From: Desulfobacterales bacterium
GTDB taxonomy: Bacteria; Desulfobacterota; Desulfobacteria; Desulfobacterales; UBA2174
Reading direction: 5' to 3'
Length of the DNA: 64,000 bases
NCBI GenBank assembly: GCA_963668645.2
Contig: CAXXWC010000020.1
Coordinates: forward strand, 128,001 to 192,000
Of the stretch, positions 50,247 through 60,931 are shown piece after piece. The notes below the pieces were generated by a model. The model was not told the DNA's origin, did not search any database, and worked only from the letters and a program-made list of their open reading frames with translations. Numbering within the stretch: the stretch's first letter is position 1; every line of letters starts with the position of its first letter. The translations under genes were made by a program, and so were the position numbers.

Positions 50247-50444
50247 GCGGGCAGAGGAGGATGGGACTGCCAAGACAACCACCTAATTCCATCCTATATT
50301 GAGCGATTTAAGCGCAAAAAACTCCCACCTCTTAGGAGAAAAGCGGGACACGTCTCTAACTAATAAACATATATTTTGTATTTTTCAGCTACGATTAATG
50401 CGGTTTTTTGAGTATATCAATCAAATTGAGTAAAGGATATCATT

Positions 50445-50659
50445 ATGGTATCGATGAGAAATATTTTATCCATCTATCAACGTCCTGCGGAAATATTACA
50501 GCCGCTGATTCAGTTCGATACCACTAATCCCCGGGAAATGAGTCTGAATGCATCGCCTACATCAATGACCTGTTGACAGAGGCAGGAGTTGAAACCAACA
50601 TTCTCTCTGGCACTCCAGGACGTCCTGAGATACAAATCGTGGAAAGGGAAACGGCGTGA
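50445..50659 (+). pseudogene. N-terminal remnant of an M20-family peptidase
   Basis: EILQ.LIQFDTTNP[P]GNE..C..YI..LL.EAG.ET......PGRP with one frameshift, then truncation. Confidence 0.65.
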
Positions 50660-51693
50660 CGCGACCATCCAACAAATCCGAAATCATCCTCTACAAAACC
50701 GATGATGGTGCGATAAAAATCGACACTGTTTTGCTGGGTGAAACAATCTGGCTTGCCCAGGCACAGATGGCAGAACTCTTTGATGTGAAAATCCCGGCGA
50801 TTTCCAAACACTTGAAAAATATATTTGAAAGCGGAGAATTAGACGAAAAAGTGGTTGTTTCCATTTTGGAAAATACCACTCGGCACGGGGCCATTGAAGG
50901 GAAAACCCAGAAAAAGCAGGTAAAATACTACAACCTCGATGCTATTATCGCCGTGGGCTACCGGGTCAATTCAAAAAGAGCGACTCAATTCAGGATATGG
51001 GCCACCCATATTCTCAAAGAATACATCATCAAAGGTTTTGCCATGAATGATGACCGCCTGAAACAGGCGGACCGGTGGGACTACTTTGATGAATGGCTGG
51101 AACGTATCCGTGACATCAGAGCATCGGAAAAGCGGTTCTACCAGAAAATTCGTGATATTTACGCTACTGCTATAGATTACGATAAAACTTCAGAACAGGC
51201 GCAGGCTTTTTTCAAGAAGGTGCAAAATAAAATGCTCTGGGCCATTACCGGTAAAACCGCGGCCGAAATTATCGAATCACGCAGTAACCCGGACAAACTC
51301 AATATGGGGCTTACCGCATGGCGTGGTTCCATAGTCAGAAAACATGATGTAGGTATTGCCAAGAATTACCTGAAGGCGGATGAAATAAAAGACTTGAATG
51401 AGATTGTGACGATGTATCTGGATTATGCCGAAAGACAGGCCCGGCAACGGAAAACCGTTACCATGGAACAGTGGTCGGACAAACTCGATGCCTTTCTGAA
51501 ATTCAATGAACAGGAATTACTAATCCATGCAGGGAAAGTGAAGGCGGAAGTTGCCAAAAAAATTGTCGAAGACCGGTACGAAGTGTTTAATGAAAAAAGA
51601 AAGATAGCCGAAGCGCGAGCGGCCGACAAAGAAGATTTACGAGCGCTGGAACAATTAGAAAAAAAGTTGCTTGAGAAGCGAGATAAGGAATAA
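50656..51693 (+). CDS. rhuM: RhuM family protein
   Basis: ETIWL.Q.QMAELF, HLKNIF..GEL, YNLDAII.VGYRVNS..ATQFR.WA, DYFDE.LERIRDIRASEKRFY. Confidence 0.92.
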   Translation: MTRPSNKSEIILYKTDDGAIKIDTVLLGETIWLAQAQMAELFDVKIPAISKHLKNIFESGELDEKVVVSILENTTRHGAIEGKTQKKQVKYYNLDAIIAVGYRVNSKRATQFRIWATHILKEYIIKGFAMNDDRLKQADRWDYFDEWLERIRDIRASEKRFYQKIRDIYATAIDYDKTSEQAQAFFKKVQNKMLWAITGKTAAEIIESRSNPDKLNMGLTAWRGSIVRKHDVGIAKNYLKADEIKDLNEIVTMYLDYAERQARQRKTVTMEQWSDKLDAFLKFNEQELLIHAGKVKAEVAKKIVEDRYEVFNEKRKIAEARAADKEDLRALEQLEKKLLEKRDKE

Positions 51694-51721
51694 ATCCTTT
51701 TAATGGCGGGAGCATCATCGT

Positions 51722-52582
51722 ATGGTTCCTTACAATCCAAAAAACCAATACAAGGTCCGGGTTATTGATGTGACATACCGGCGTGACAAGGACAGGTTCT
51801 GGCCCGCGCGCGTCTATCTGCCTGAAGGTCAAGGCCCCTTCCCTGCCCTGCTGGATGTTCATGGCGGCGCCTGGACTCGCGGCGGCTGCGCTGATGACGA
51901 ACTCATCGACCGGTCGCTGGCAGCGAGCGGCATGGTCGTTATCGCTATCGAATGCCGAAAGTCACCCAAGTACCTTTACCCTTCGCAACCGATGGACGTC
52001 AATTACGCGACGCGGTGGGCAAAGGCCCATGCGGGCGACTTCAATGTCGTTGCCGGCTGCATCGGCGGTTTTGGTGCGTCCAGCGGAGGCCATTCGCTGC
52101 TGCTCAGTGCCATGCGGCCTGACGATCCCCGCTATGGTGCCCTGGATCTTCCCGAGGCGGAGGGGATGAATGCGCGTCTGTCCTATCTGATGGCCGCATG
52201 GCCGGTGATCGATCCCTATGCGCGGTATTTCTTTGCCAAAGAGAACCATAACAGCTTTCTGGTTGAGGCCACCGACGCCTATTTTCTGTCGCGGGACACC
52301 ATGCAGGAAGGCAATCCGCTTCTCGCCCTGGAGCGAGGCGAGGCCCTCGATCTGCCGCCGGCCATGATCATCCAGGGCACGGACGATGCCAATGTGCCCT
52401 TGGCTTCAGTGGACCGTTTCGCCGAGGCCTACCGTGTCGCCGGCGGTGCGATGGATATCGCATGGTTCCCCGATATGCCCCACGGGTTTGCGCTCAAAGC
52501 GGGGCCGGAGACAGACAGGGCGCTGGAAATGATGAAGGCATTTATCAGTCGCCAGGCGTCAGGGTATAAATGCGGGTCGTAA
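51722..52582 (+). CDS. Alpha/beta hydrolase (HSL-like esterase)
   Basis: HGGAW, GASSGG nucleophile elbow, GT.D, HGF. Confidence 0.9.
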   Translation: MVPYNPKNQYKVRVIDVTYRRDKDRFWPARVYLPEGQGPFPALLDVHGGAWTRGGCADDELIDRSLAASGMVVIAIECRKSPKYLYPSQPMDVNYATRWAKAHAGDFNVVAGCIGGFGASSGGHSLLLSAMRPDDPRYGALDLPEAEGMNARLSYLMAAWPVIDPYARYFFAKENHNSFLVEATDAYFLSRDTMQEGNPLLALERGEALDLPPAMIIQGTDDANVPLASVDRFAEAYRVAGGAMDIAWFPDMPHGFALKAGPETDRALEMMKAFISRQASGYKCGS

Positions 52583-52648
52583 TGGCGCACAGATGATCTG
52601 ATGTTTGAATTCAGCGGACGCGGAAAGCCGCGCCAGTCCAAATTGGCA

Positions 52649-52908
52649 AAAGTCCAGGTTGCCGCGAACCTGGGGGATTTGCATCGACGGCTTGCCTGCG
52701 CGGCCGTTGAGGCGGCCAGGCTTGCAGGGCACAGCCCAGCCTGCCCTGGCTCCTTTGGCAGGCAGGGGTCAGCGCCCAAGGCCCGGCTGCTGTCGACTTT
52801 CATTGCTTCATTGAGCAGGATCCTAACCGCCGCCAGCCCTTCCAAGGCGTTTCCGATTGCCGCTTCCAACATCTTCTCGATTGCCGTATTCTGTTCGTAG
52901 TGGGTCAT
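52649..52908 (-). mobile_element. IS256-family transposase remnant (frameshifted, truncated)
   Basis: AVRILLNEAMK...RALGA.P, then in a shifted frame KP..LN.R.GK..MQIPQVRG.LDF. Confidence 0.65.
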
Positions 52909-52935
52909 TTTAGTAGCGGCGTTTTGGTTTTAGCG

Positions 52936-53078
52936 AGTGTCCGTCCAAAAATGGTGATTTTTGGTTCCTGGCAAGGCCCGAGCGAGTTTTCAACCGGAGG
53001 AATAGCCCGCTATTTCGAGGATTGGAAACGAGGGAGAACGCCGCCGGGGGCCAAAAGGTGCCGTTTATGGATGGGCAC
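52936..53078. mobile_element. MITE-like hairpin element with TAGCG flanking direct repeats
   Basis: Imperfect ~33-bp terminal inverted repeats; TAGCG at 52931-52935 and 53079-53083. Confidence 0.65.
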
Positions 53079-53124
53079 TAGCGAACCTTTGGAGGACTGA
53101 TCTGCCCCACCAATTTCAGTCTCT

Positions 53125-53330
53125 TTCGCGACAGGACCCAGCAGAACCTGTCGAATTCGAAATCGAAGCGTGCCCCTGCATCTGACCGCCCTGCCGGGCG
53201 AGTTGCGCGAAGTGTTGACCCGGGCCGTCATTGCGTTGGATACGGCGTGTAACCTGGCCCTGGTGGAAAAGGTAAGCCAGCAGGACGCTGCTACAGGAGC
53301 GGTTTTAAAATGGCTTGCCGAGAATCCGGC
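53125..53330 (+). pseudogene. Orphan C-terminal tail of a lost hybrid kinase paralogue
   Basis: [16 protein letters not shown]...VSQQD..TGAVLK.LAEN matches the tails of both downstream kinases. Confidence 0.75.
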
Positions 53331-53370
53331 AATACGATTGCCCGCTGAACTTTCCGGAAGGAGGAGCCGC

Positions 53371-55722
53371 ATGAATATCAAATCCTTTCGCAAACTTATT
53401 GCCACAAATGAAGAGTGGCTTATGGAAAGGATTCTCGGATATGCCAAGTCGTGGGGGTATGCGCAATACACCTCGACTCTCAGAGAAGCCTGGAGGCTGT
53501 CCATCTCGGGTTTTTCCAAGGCATTACTGGAGTCCACCGAGCATGGCAAACCCGAATTGGAGCTGGGACCGGATGAACAGTTCGTCGACGATCCCATCGC
53601 CGGGTTCGGTATCATCGAAGCCCGCCTCCACCGGGAGCGGGGTGTAAGTCTGGGGATGTTCCTCGGCCTGATGAAATACTACCGGCAAAGTTACAGGGAT
53701 CTGATCCGGCAGGCAGCGTTTGATTCATGTATGGAAAACGATTCACTGAACTTGATCGAACGGTTCTTCGACCGGGTGGAGATCGCCTTTTGCATCGAAT
53801 GGGCTGAATCTGATCAAAGCAAACTGATCGAGGAGCTGCAGGCCAGAAACCGGCTGATGACCAATGAGAAGAACCGCTACCTTACGATTTTTGAGAGTCA
53901 TCCCCATATGGTCTTTATCCTGGATAAGGATCTGAATCTGCTTAATCTGAACCATGCCGCTGCCAGGCGTTTCATGGCCCAACAGTCGCCGGGGGCTTAC
54001 TATTACCGTCCGGGTGTGAAGGAAAAATCAAATGACAGATTTGACAGCGAAGATTTCCGAGGTCCCCGGGCTGAAAAGTTTACCACTGAAACGTTGAAGG
54101 CCCTGATCCCCTCTCTGGCATACGACCTGAAGGCATTCGTCGATGCAAAAGCCAGCCAAATGAACTTTGAAAGGAAAATCGCCGGGCAGGGCGAGGATCA
54201 ATATTTTAGCCTGACGCTCTCAGAATCTCTTGACGTTTCAGAAAAATTCGGCGGGGTTGTGCTGACCATCGAGGACATTACCGACAAAAAGTGGGCAACC
54301 AAAGAATTGCGCTGCGCCAAGGAGGCTGCCGAGGCGGCCAGCCGGACTAAGAGCGAATTTCTGGCCAACATGAGCCATGAACTGCGCACGCCGCTCAACG
54401 CCATTTTAGGCTACTCCCAGCTGATGCAGCGTGATCCCGAACTCCACGCTGGGCAGCATGAATATCTGAGTACGATCAACCGCAGCGGCGAACACCTGCT
54501 GGCGCTGATCAACGATGTGCTCGAGATTTCCAAGATCGAGGCCAAGCGCATTACCCTGGCCACCAAGATCTTTGATCTTCGCGCCATGTTCGGCGACCTT
54601 TACGCCATGTTCAAGGTCCAGACCGATGAAAAGCATCTGTTCTTTGATTTCGATGGAACGGACGATCTGCCGCGCCACGTGATTGCAGACGCCAACAAGT
54701 TGCGCCAGATCATGATCAATCTGATTGGCAATGCCGTGAAATTTACGGATAACGGCGGCATTGCCGTGCATGCGGCGATAAAAGATGAAACGGACGGGGG
54801 GATGCGCCTGGTGGTGGAGGTCGAAGACACCGGTCCGGGCATTTCCGGAGATGAACTCGAAGAAGTATTCCACGCCTTCGAGCAAACGGAAACCGGCCGG
54901 CAAAGACAGGGCGGAACCGGCCTGGGCCTGACCATCAGCCGGGAGTATGCCCGGCTGATGGATGGCGACATCACCATCGCCAGCCGCCTGGGTAAAGGCA
55001 GCCGCTTCCGGTTCGAATGCAGCCTGCGTTTAGGCCAGGCCGCGGACCTAGAGGAAGAAGCAGGGCCGGATCGGGTGGTCGGCCTGATCCCGGGCCGGCC
55101 GGCTCCCCGCATCCTGGTGGCCGAGGATAAACAGGAAAGCCGCCTGCTGCTGGTAAAGGTGCTTGATCAGGCGGGCTTCAAGGTCCGGCAGGCGGAAAAC
55201 GGAAAGGAGGCACTGGCGCTTTTCAAGCAATGGTCGCCGCATTTCATCTGGATGGATATCCGCATGCCGGTGATGGACGGACTGGAGACCACCCGGCGCA
55301 TCCGCAAGCTGCCGGGCGGTGATGCGGTCAAAATTGCAGCGCTTACCGCCAGTGTCATGGAAGAAGAGCGCGAATCGGTTCTGTCCGCGGGGTGCGATGA
55401 ATTCGTGCGCAAGCCTTATCGGATATCGAAGATCTTCCAGGTGATGGCAAAACATCTCGGGGTTGAATATTATTATGAAAATGATGCACCGGTAGGGCCA
55501 GCAGAATCCGAAAGCGGACCTCGGACCTTGAAACTGTCCTTACTGCCGGAAGATTTGCGCGAAAAGTTGACCAAGGCTGTGCTCGAGTTGGACACAGATC
55601 GCACCCTATCGCTGGTGCAAGAGATTTCCCGCCAGGATTTTGCCACGGGAGCGGTTTTAAAACAGCTTGCCGAGAACCTGGAGTATGACCGCCTGCTGGC
55701 TATGCTGGAAGAGGATGTATGA
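53371..55722 (+). CDS. Hybrid histidine kinase (helical N-domain, PAS-like, HisKA, HATPase, REC)
   Basis: [45 protein letters not shown]. Confidence 0.92.
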   Translation: MNIKSFRKLIATNEEWLMERILGYAKSWGYAQYTSTLREAWRLSISGFSKALLESTEHGKPELELGPDEQFVDDPIAGFGIIEARLHRERGVSLGMFLGLMKYYRQSYRDLIRQAAFDSCMENDSLNLIERFFDRVEIAFCIEWAESDQSKLIEELQARNRLMTNEKNRYLTIFESHPHMVFILDKDLNLLNLNHAAARRFMAQQSPGAYYYRPGVKEKSNDRFDSEDFRGPRAEKFTTETLKALIPSLAYDLKAFVDAKASQMNFERKIAGQGEDQYFSLTLSESLDVSEKFGGVVLTIEDITDKKWATKELRCAKEAAEAASRTKSEFLANMSHELRTPLNAILGYSQLMQRDPELHAGQHEYLSTINRSGEHLLALINDVLEISKIEAKRITLATKIFDLRAMFGDLYAMFKVQTDEKHLFFDFDGTDDLPRHVIADANKLRQIMINLIGNAVKFTDNGGIAVHAAIKDETDGGMRLVVEVEDTGPGISGDELEEVFHAFEQTETGRQRQGGTGLGLTISREYARLMDGDITIASRLGKGSRFRFECSLRLGQAADLEEEAGPDRVVGLIPGRPAPRILVAEDKQESRLLLVKVLDQAGFKVRQAENGKEALALFKQWSPHFIWMDIRMPVMDGLETTRRIRKLPGGDAVKIAALTASVMEEERESVLSAGCDEFVRKPYRISKIFQVMAKHLGVEYYYENDAPVGPAESESGPRTLKLSLLPEDLREKLTKAVLELDTDRTLSLVQEISRQDFATGAVLKQLAENLEYDRLLAMLEEDV

Positions 55723-55806
55723 GGAGCGGCGACGTTGCTGGCGTGCCTTTCTCCCCTTGTCGCTGATTATGATGGATTCGGCGGTCAAGACAGGAAAGAG
55801 GGAAGC

Positions 55807-57810
55807 ATGAAATTTTCCGAACTTGTGGATATCGACGCATTACGACAGATGTGCGAAAGTTTTACCGATATTACCGGTGCGGCAACCGCCCTTCTGGATC
55901 TGGAGGGAAACATCCTTATCGCCACGGGTTGGCAGGACATCTGTACATGTTTCCATCGGGTTCATGGCGAAACTGCGAGGCGTTGTCTGGAAAGCGATAC
56001 CGTACTGGCCGGGCAATTGAAAAAAGGGGAGCGTTACAACATCTACAAATGCAAGAACGGCTTGGTGGATGTCGCCGTGCCCATCATTATCCGTGACGAA
56101 CACGTCGCCAATTTCTTTACCGGCCAGTTTTTCCTTGAGGCACCGGATGAGGCGTATTTTATTCGGCAGGCAAAGCGGTTCGGGTTTGAGCAACAGGCCT
56201 ACCTTTCCGCCCTGAAGCGGGTCTCCGTTTTTTCAGAAAAGACGGTAAAATCGATGATGCGCTTTTTCACGCAATTTGCCCAATTAATCGGCGAGATGGG
56301 GCTTGTCCGGAAAGACCTCGAGACCGCCAATATAGAACTACGCGATCACCATGAACATTTGGAAGATCTGGTCGCGGAACGGACCGCCGAACTGGCCGTG
56401 GCCAAGGAAAAGGCCGAAGCCGCCAACCGGGCCAAAAGCGAATTTCTGGCCAACATGAGCCATGAACTGCGCACGCCACTGAACGCCATTCTGGGCTATT
56501 CGCAGATGATGCAGCACGATCCCGACCTTCACGCCGGGCAACAGGAATATCTGAGTACGATCAACCGTAGCGGCGAGCATTTGCTGGCGCTGATCAACGA
56601 TGTGCTCGAGATTTCCAAGATCGAGGCCAAACGCATCACCCTGGTTCCCCGGGCCTTTGATCTTTGCACCATGCTTAAAGACCTTTACGCCATGTTCAAG
56701 CTCAGGGCCGATGAAAAACATCTGGCTTTTGATCTCGGTGGAACCGATGAATTGCCGCGCTATGTGATTGCCGACGCCAACAAATTCCGCCAGATCATGA
56801 TCAATCTGCTGGGCAATGCGGTAAAATTTACAGACAACGGCGGCATCGCGGTGCGCGCGGCGGTAAAGGAAAATACGGCCGGGGTGCTGCGGCTGGTGGT
56901 GGAGGTCGAGGACACCGGGCCGGGCATTTCCGAAGATGAACAGGAAAAAATATTCCAGGCCTTTGAGCAAACGGAAACGGGCCGGCAGAAACAGGGCGGC
57001 ACCGGCCTGGGACTGACGATAAGCCGGGAGTATGCCCGCCTGTTGGGCGGCGATATCTTTATCACTAGCCGTGTGGGTAAAGGCAGCATCTTTTGTTTTG
57101 AGTGCAACGTGCACACAGGCCGGGAAGCGGACATAAAGGAAGAAGCGCGGCAGGACCGCGTGGTCGGGCTGGCACCAGGCCAACAGGTGCCACGTATTCT
57201 GGTGGCCGAGGATAAGCAGGAGAGTCGTCTGCTGCTGGTCAAGTCCCTCTCGCAGGCAGGCTTTGACGTTCGGCAGGCGGAAAACGGGAAAGAGGCGGTG
57301 GCGCTTTTCAAGCAATGGTCGCCGCATTTTATCTGGATGGACATGCGTATGCCGGTGATGGACGGTCTGGAGGCCACCCGGCGCATTCGGGGCATACCGG
57401 ACGGCGATGCGGTCAGGATTGCAGCTCTTACCGCCAGTGTCATGGAAGAAGAGCGCGAATCGGTTCTGTCCGCGGGGTGCGATGAATTCGTGCGCAAGCC
57501 TTATCGGATATCGAAGATCTTCCAGGTGATGGCAAAACATCTCGGGGTTGAATACCGCTATGCAAGCGATGCCACGGCAGGACCTGCCAAAGGCCAAATC
57601 GATGCGTGCAGGCTGTATCTGGCCGCTATGCCGGTCGAGCAGCGCGAGGCATTGACCCGGGCCGTCATTGCGTTGGACACGGAACGTACCAAGGCGTTGT
57701 TGGAAGAGGTCTCCCGCCAGGATTCCGTGACGGGAGCGGTTTTGAAACAGCTTGCCGAAAACCTTGAGTACGACCGGCTGCTGGCCCTGTTGGAGCAGGA
57801 TGCACCGTGA
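55807..57810 (+). CDS. PocR-sensor hybrid histidine kinase
   Basis: WQDIC..FHR.....C.ESD, YKC.NGL.D.A.PI, F.GQF; HisKA, HATPase, REC. Confidence 0.92.
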   Translation: MKFSELVDIDALRQMCESFTDITGAATALLDLEGNILIATGWQDICTCFHRVHGETARRCLESDTVLAGQLKKGERYNIYKCKNGLVDVAVPIIIRDEHVANFFTGQFFLEAPDEAYFIRQAKRFGFEQQAYLSALKRVSVFSEKTVKSMMRFFTQFAQLIGEMGLVRKDLETANIELRDHHEHLEDLVAERTAELAVAKEKAEAANRAKSEFLANMSHELRTPLNAILGYSQMMQHDPDLHAGQQEYLSTINRSGEHLLALINDVLEISKIEAKRITLVPRAFDLCTMLKDLYAMFKLRADEKHLAFDLGGTDELPRYVIADANKFRQIMINLLGNAVKFTDNGGIAVRAAVKENTAGVLRLVVEVEDTGPGISEDEQEKIFQAFEQTETGRQKQGGTGLGLTISREYARLLGGDIFITSRVGKGSIFCFECNVHTGREADIKEEARQDRVVGLAPGQQVPRILVAEDKQESRLLLVKSLSQAGFDVRQAENGKEAVALFKQWSPHFIWMDMRMPVMDGLEATRRIRGIPDGDAVRIAALTASVMEEERESVLSAGCDEFVRKPYRISKIFQVMAKHLGVEYRYASDATAGPAKGQIDACRLYLAAMPVEQREALTRAVIALDTERTKALLEEVSRQDSVTGAVLKQLAENLEYDRLLALLEQDAP

Positions 57811-57842
57811 GCAACACCATCTAGCCGGGAAAGGGTCATTTA

Positions 57843-60200
57843 ATGAAACCGGAAATACAACATCAGGATGCTGAAATTCTGGTTGTGGACGATATCCCCA
57901 CCAATCTCAAACTATTGGCCAATATCCTGAGAGCGCGGGGATATCGCGTCCGACCCGCAGCCAGCGGGCAACTGGCGTTGCGATCCGTAGACCTCAAATC
58001 GCCCGACTTGGTCCTCTTGGATGTAAAAATGCCCGATATGGATGGATATGAGGTGTGCAGGGCCCTGAAGTCGGATTCCACGAATGCCGATGTCCCGGTC
58101 ATCTTTATCAGCGCCCTTGACGAGACCCGTGACAAGGTCAGGGGCTTTGAAGCTGGAGGCGTTGATTTCATTACCAAACCGTTTCAGGCTGAAGAGGTGC
58201 TGGCCCGGGTTGGGACCCACCTTTCCCTGCGACGCCTGCATCAGCAGTTGGCACGGCAAAATGCACAGCTTAAAAAGGAGAGTGCCGAACGGCTAAAGAC
58301 CGAACAGGAACTACGAGAGCTTAACGACTTCAACCGCAAGATCTTCGAAGCGGCCGCCATAGGGGTGTTGGCCTACAACGGGCGTTCCGGGCGATGCGTC
58401 ATGGCCAATCAGGCTGCTGCGAAAATTGTCAGCGCCTCTGTTGAGCAGATGCTTGCCCAAAACTTCAGGCGTATCGCATCCTGGCAGGCAATGGGCATGC
58501 TGCCCGTAGTCGAACAAGTGATCGATACCGGTATCGAACAGGATAAGGAATTGCATTTTGTGACGAGCTTCGGCCGTGAGGTGTGGTTGGAATGCCACGC
58601 GAACCGCTTTCTGAGCCATGGCGAGCCCCATCTTCTTATGCTGTTGCACGATATGACCGAAAAGAAGAGTTTTCAGGAAGCTCTAAAGCAGGCCAAGGAG
58701 GCGGCCGAGGCGGCAAACCGGGCCAAAAGTGAATTTCTGGCCAACATGAGCCATGAAATTCGCACACCGCTCAATGCGGTGATCGGTTTCAGCAATCTGT
58801 TGTCTTCCGCTGTAAACGATTCAAAACAGAAAAGCTATATAAAATCAATTCAAACTGCGGGAGAAAACCTGCTGAGGCTGATCAATGATATTCTAGACCT
58901 CTCAAAGATCGAATCTGGAAAGTTTGAGTTGAGCTATTCTACAACAGATCTGAGAAGTTTGATAAATGAAGTTGAACAGATTTTTTCACACCAGGCGTCA
59001 CAAAAGAACATACAACTCATTACTGATATTAACCCTGAGTTTCCGATCGCTCTTTTCCTCGATGAAATCCGTTTAAGGCAGGTCCTTATCAACCTGGTTG
59101 GAAATGCAGTCAAGTTTACGGAAAAAGGCTATATTAAGATCACCATCAGTGAAGCCAATAAAAGGGAGACTGACAATACTCTCGATATCGATATTTCTGT
59201 TGAAGACACAGGTATCGGTATCACAGATCATGATATAGCGCTTATCTTTGAATCTTTCAGGCAACAAGCCGGCCAGAGTTCAGCGAAATTCGGAGGAACA
59301 GGTTTGGGGCTGACCATCTGCAAGCGACTGGTTGAAATGATGGGCGGGAGCATTTCAGTCAAAAGTGTGTCAGGTCAAGGAAGTACTTTTGTCGTTAGAA
59401 TTCGAGATGTGGCGATTTCAAATAAAAAAGTTGTTAAGGTTGAAGAGAAACAAGATCTCGAAACCATGGAGTTTGAAAAAGCGATAGTACTCGTGGTAGA
59501 TGATGTTGAATCAAATCGTGAACTGTTGAACGAAGTGCTCTCAAAGGTTAACCTTGATGTCTTAACGGCAGTCAATGGCAAAGAAGCCCTGACGATTGCG
59601 GGTAAATATCGACCCGACCTGATATTAATGGACCTTTGGATGCCAGTAATGGATGGTATTGAAGCCACTATGCGGCTGAAAATGGATTCAAGGACAAAAA
59701 CAATCCCCATCATTGCCGTTAGCGCTTTTCCTGCTTCTGATCAAGAGTCATTGGTTCTTGAAAAGGAGTTCGATGGCTTTCTTGCAAAGCCCTTCAGGCC
59801 AAGCCAATTGTTTTTTGAATTATCAAAATATTTGCACGAAACAAAAAAAGACAGCAATGCAAGCAGGGTCGACGAAACGTACAACCCTTCCTCTTTAGAC
59901 TATACGCTACCCGAAATGGTATCAAATATTGATAAAGTTGTTAAGATTATTGATTCCGATTTTATGGTAAAATGGGAAGAGTTACAAAAAATGCTGCCCA
60001 TGAAAACTGTTCGAAAATTCGGAAAAGAATTGGAATTGTTGGGGTTAAAATACGCGATTACGTTTTTATCGAATTATGGCAAAGATCTATTTATTTACGC
60101 CAATAATTTTGATGTGGAAAACATGAAAATCATGATAAATAAGTTCCCAAAAATAGTGAACAAAATAAAATCGTTAGGGGAGAAAAATCATGGTCGCTGA
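57843..60200 (+). CDS. REC-PAS-HisKA-HATPase-REC hybrid kinase
   Basis: Two receiver domains, MSHEIRTPLN, NAVKFT, GTGLGL. Confidence 0.92.
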   Translation: MKPEIQHQDAEILVVDDIPTNLKLLANILRARGYRVRPAASGQLALRSVDLKSPDLVLLDVKMPDMDGYEVCRALKSDSTNADVPVIFISALDETRDKVRGFEAGGVDFITKPFQAEEVLARVGTHLSLRRLHQQLARQNAQLKKESAERLKTEQELRELNDFNRKIFEAAAIGVLAYNGRSGRCVMANQAAAKIVSASVEQMLAQNFRRIASWQAMGMLPVVEQVIDTGIEQDKELHFVTSFGREVWLECHANRFLSHGEPHLLMLLHDMTEKKSFQEALKQAKEAAEAANRAKSEFLANMSHEIRTPLNAVIGFSNLLSSAVNDSKQKSYIKSIQTAGENLLRLINDILDLSKIESGKFELSYSTTDLRSLINEVEQIFSHQASQKNIQLITDINPEFPIALFLDEIRLRQVLINLVGNAVKFTEKGYIKITISEANKRETDNTLDIDISVEDTGIGITDHDIALIFESFRQQAGQSSAKFGGTGLGLTICKRLVEMMGGSISVKSVSGQGSTFVVRIRDVAISNKKVVKVEEKQDLETMEFEKAIVLVVDDVESNRELLNEVLSKVNLDVLTAVNGKEALTIAGKYRPDLILMDLWMPVMDGIEATMRLKMDSRTKTIPIIAVSAFPASDQESLVLEKEFDGFLAKPFRPSQLFFELSKYLHETKKDSNASRVDETYNPSSLDYTLPEMVSNIDKVVKIIDSDFMVKWEELQKMLPMKTVRKFGKELELLGLKYAITFLSNYGKDLFIYANNFDVENMKIMINKFPKIVNKIKSLGEKNHGR

Positions 60201-60768
60201 CAAGATGCTACAGCCTTTCTCCATTTTAATAGTTGATGATGAACCCAAAAACATTCAGCTCTTGGGGAGTCTCTTGGAGGAGAACAATTATGATGTTGAA
60301 TTTGCCATGAACGGAAAAGAATGCCTTGAATGGTTGGATAGAAAACCTTTTGATCTGGTTTTGTTGGATATTATGATGCCGGAAATGGATGGTTATGAGG
60401 TCTGTAAAACAATAAAATCAAGCCATAGTAAAAAACATATTCCGATCATCTTCCTTACGGCCAAATCTGAAACAGATGATATCGTGAAAGCGTTTGATTC
60501 CGGTTGTTCTGATTTCGTTACAAAACCATTCAAAGCGCCTGAACTGCTGGCGAGGATTCAAAAAGAACTTGAACTCAAAATTCTGAGAGGCTTGCTGCCA
60601 ATCTGTTCGTATTGTAAGAAGATACGAGATGACAAAGGATATTGGAATCAAATTGAATCCTACATTACAGATCATTCCGAAGTTGAATTCAGCCACAGTA
60701 TATGTCAAGAATGTTTAAAGAAATATTATCCGGATTTTGATTTGATTGGCGATGATAAAGAACCGTGA
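60190..60768 (+). CDS. Response regulator, REC plus Cys/His-rich tail
   Basis: DD, LDIMMP.MDG, KPF; LPICSYCKKIRDD.GYW...FSHSIC..C. Confidence 0.9.
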   Translation: MVADKMLQPFSILIVDDEPKNIQLLGSLLEENNYDVEFAMNGKECLEWLDRKPFDLVLLDIMMPEMDGYEVCKTIKSSHSKKHIPIIFLTAKSETDDIVKAFDSGCSDFVTKPFKAPELLARIQKELELKILRGLLPICSYCKKIRDDKGYWNQIESYITDHSEVEFSHSICQECLKKYYPDFDLIGDDKEP

Positions 60769-60931
60769 TTTCTCCGGCCTTACTGCAGTGTTTCGGAAAG
60801 AGAAAACTAAACTGGAGTAAAAATTTAATAAATGTCGTTTTGGCAGCAGAAACAACTGTTGCCGTTGAGGACAGAATGTCCTGAAAATTTTTTAAAAAAC
60901 CATCAACATTCTGAGCTGTGAGGAATCCAAC

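Noticed and set aside
51722..52582. Alpha/beta hydrolase as effector of the CHAT system
   Set aside because: Separated by two loci, different composition, and looks like an ordinary HSL-family esterase
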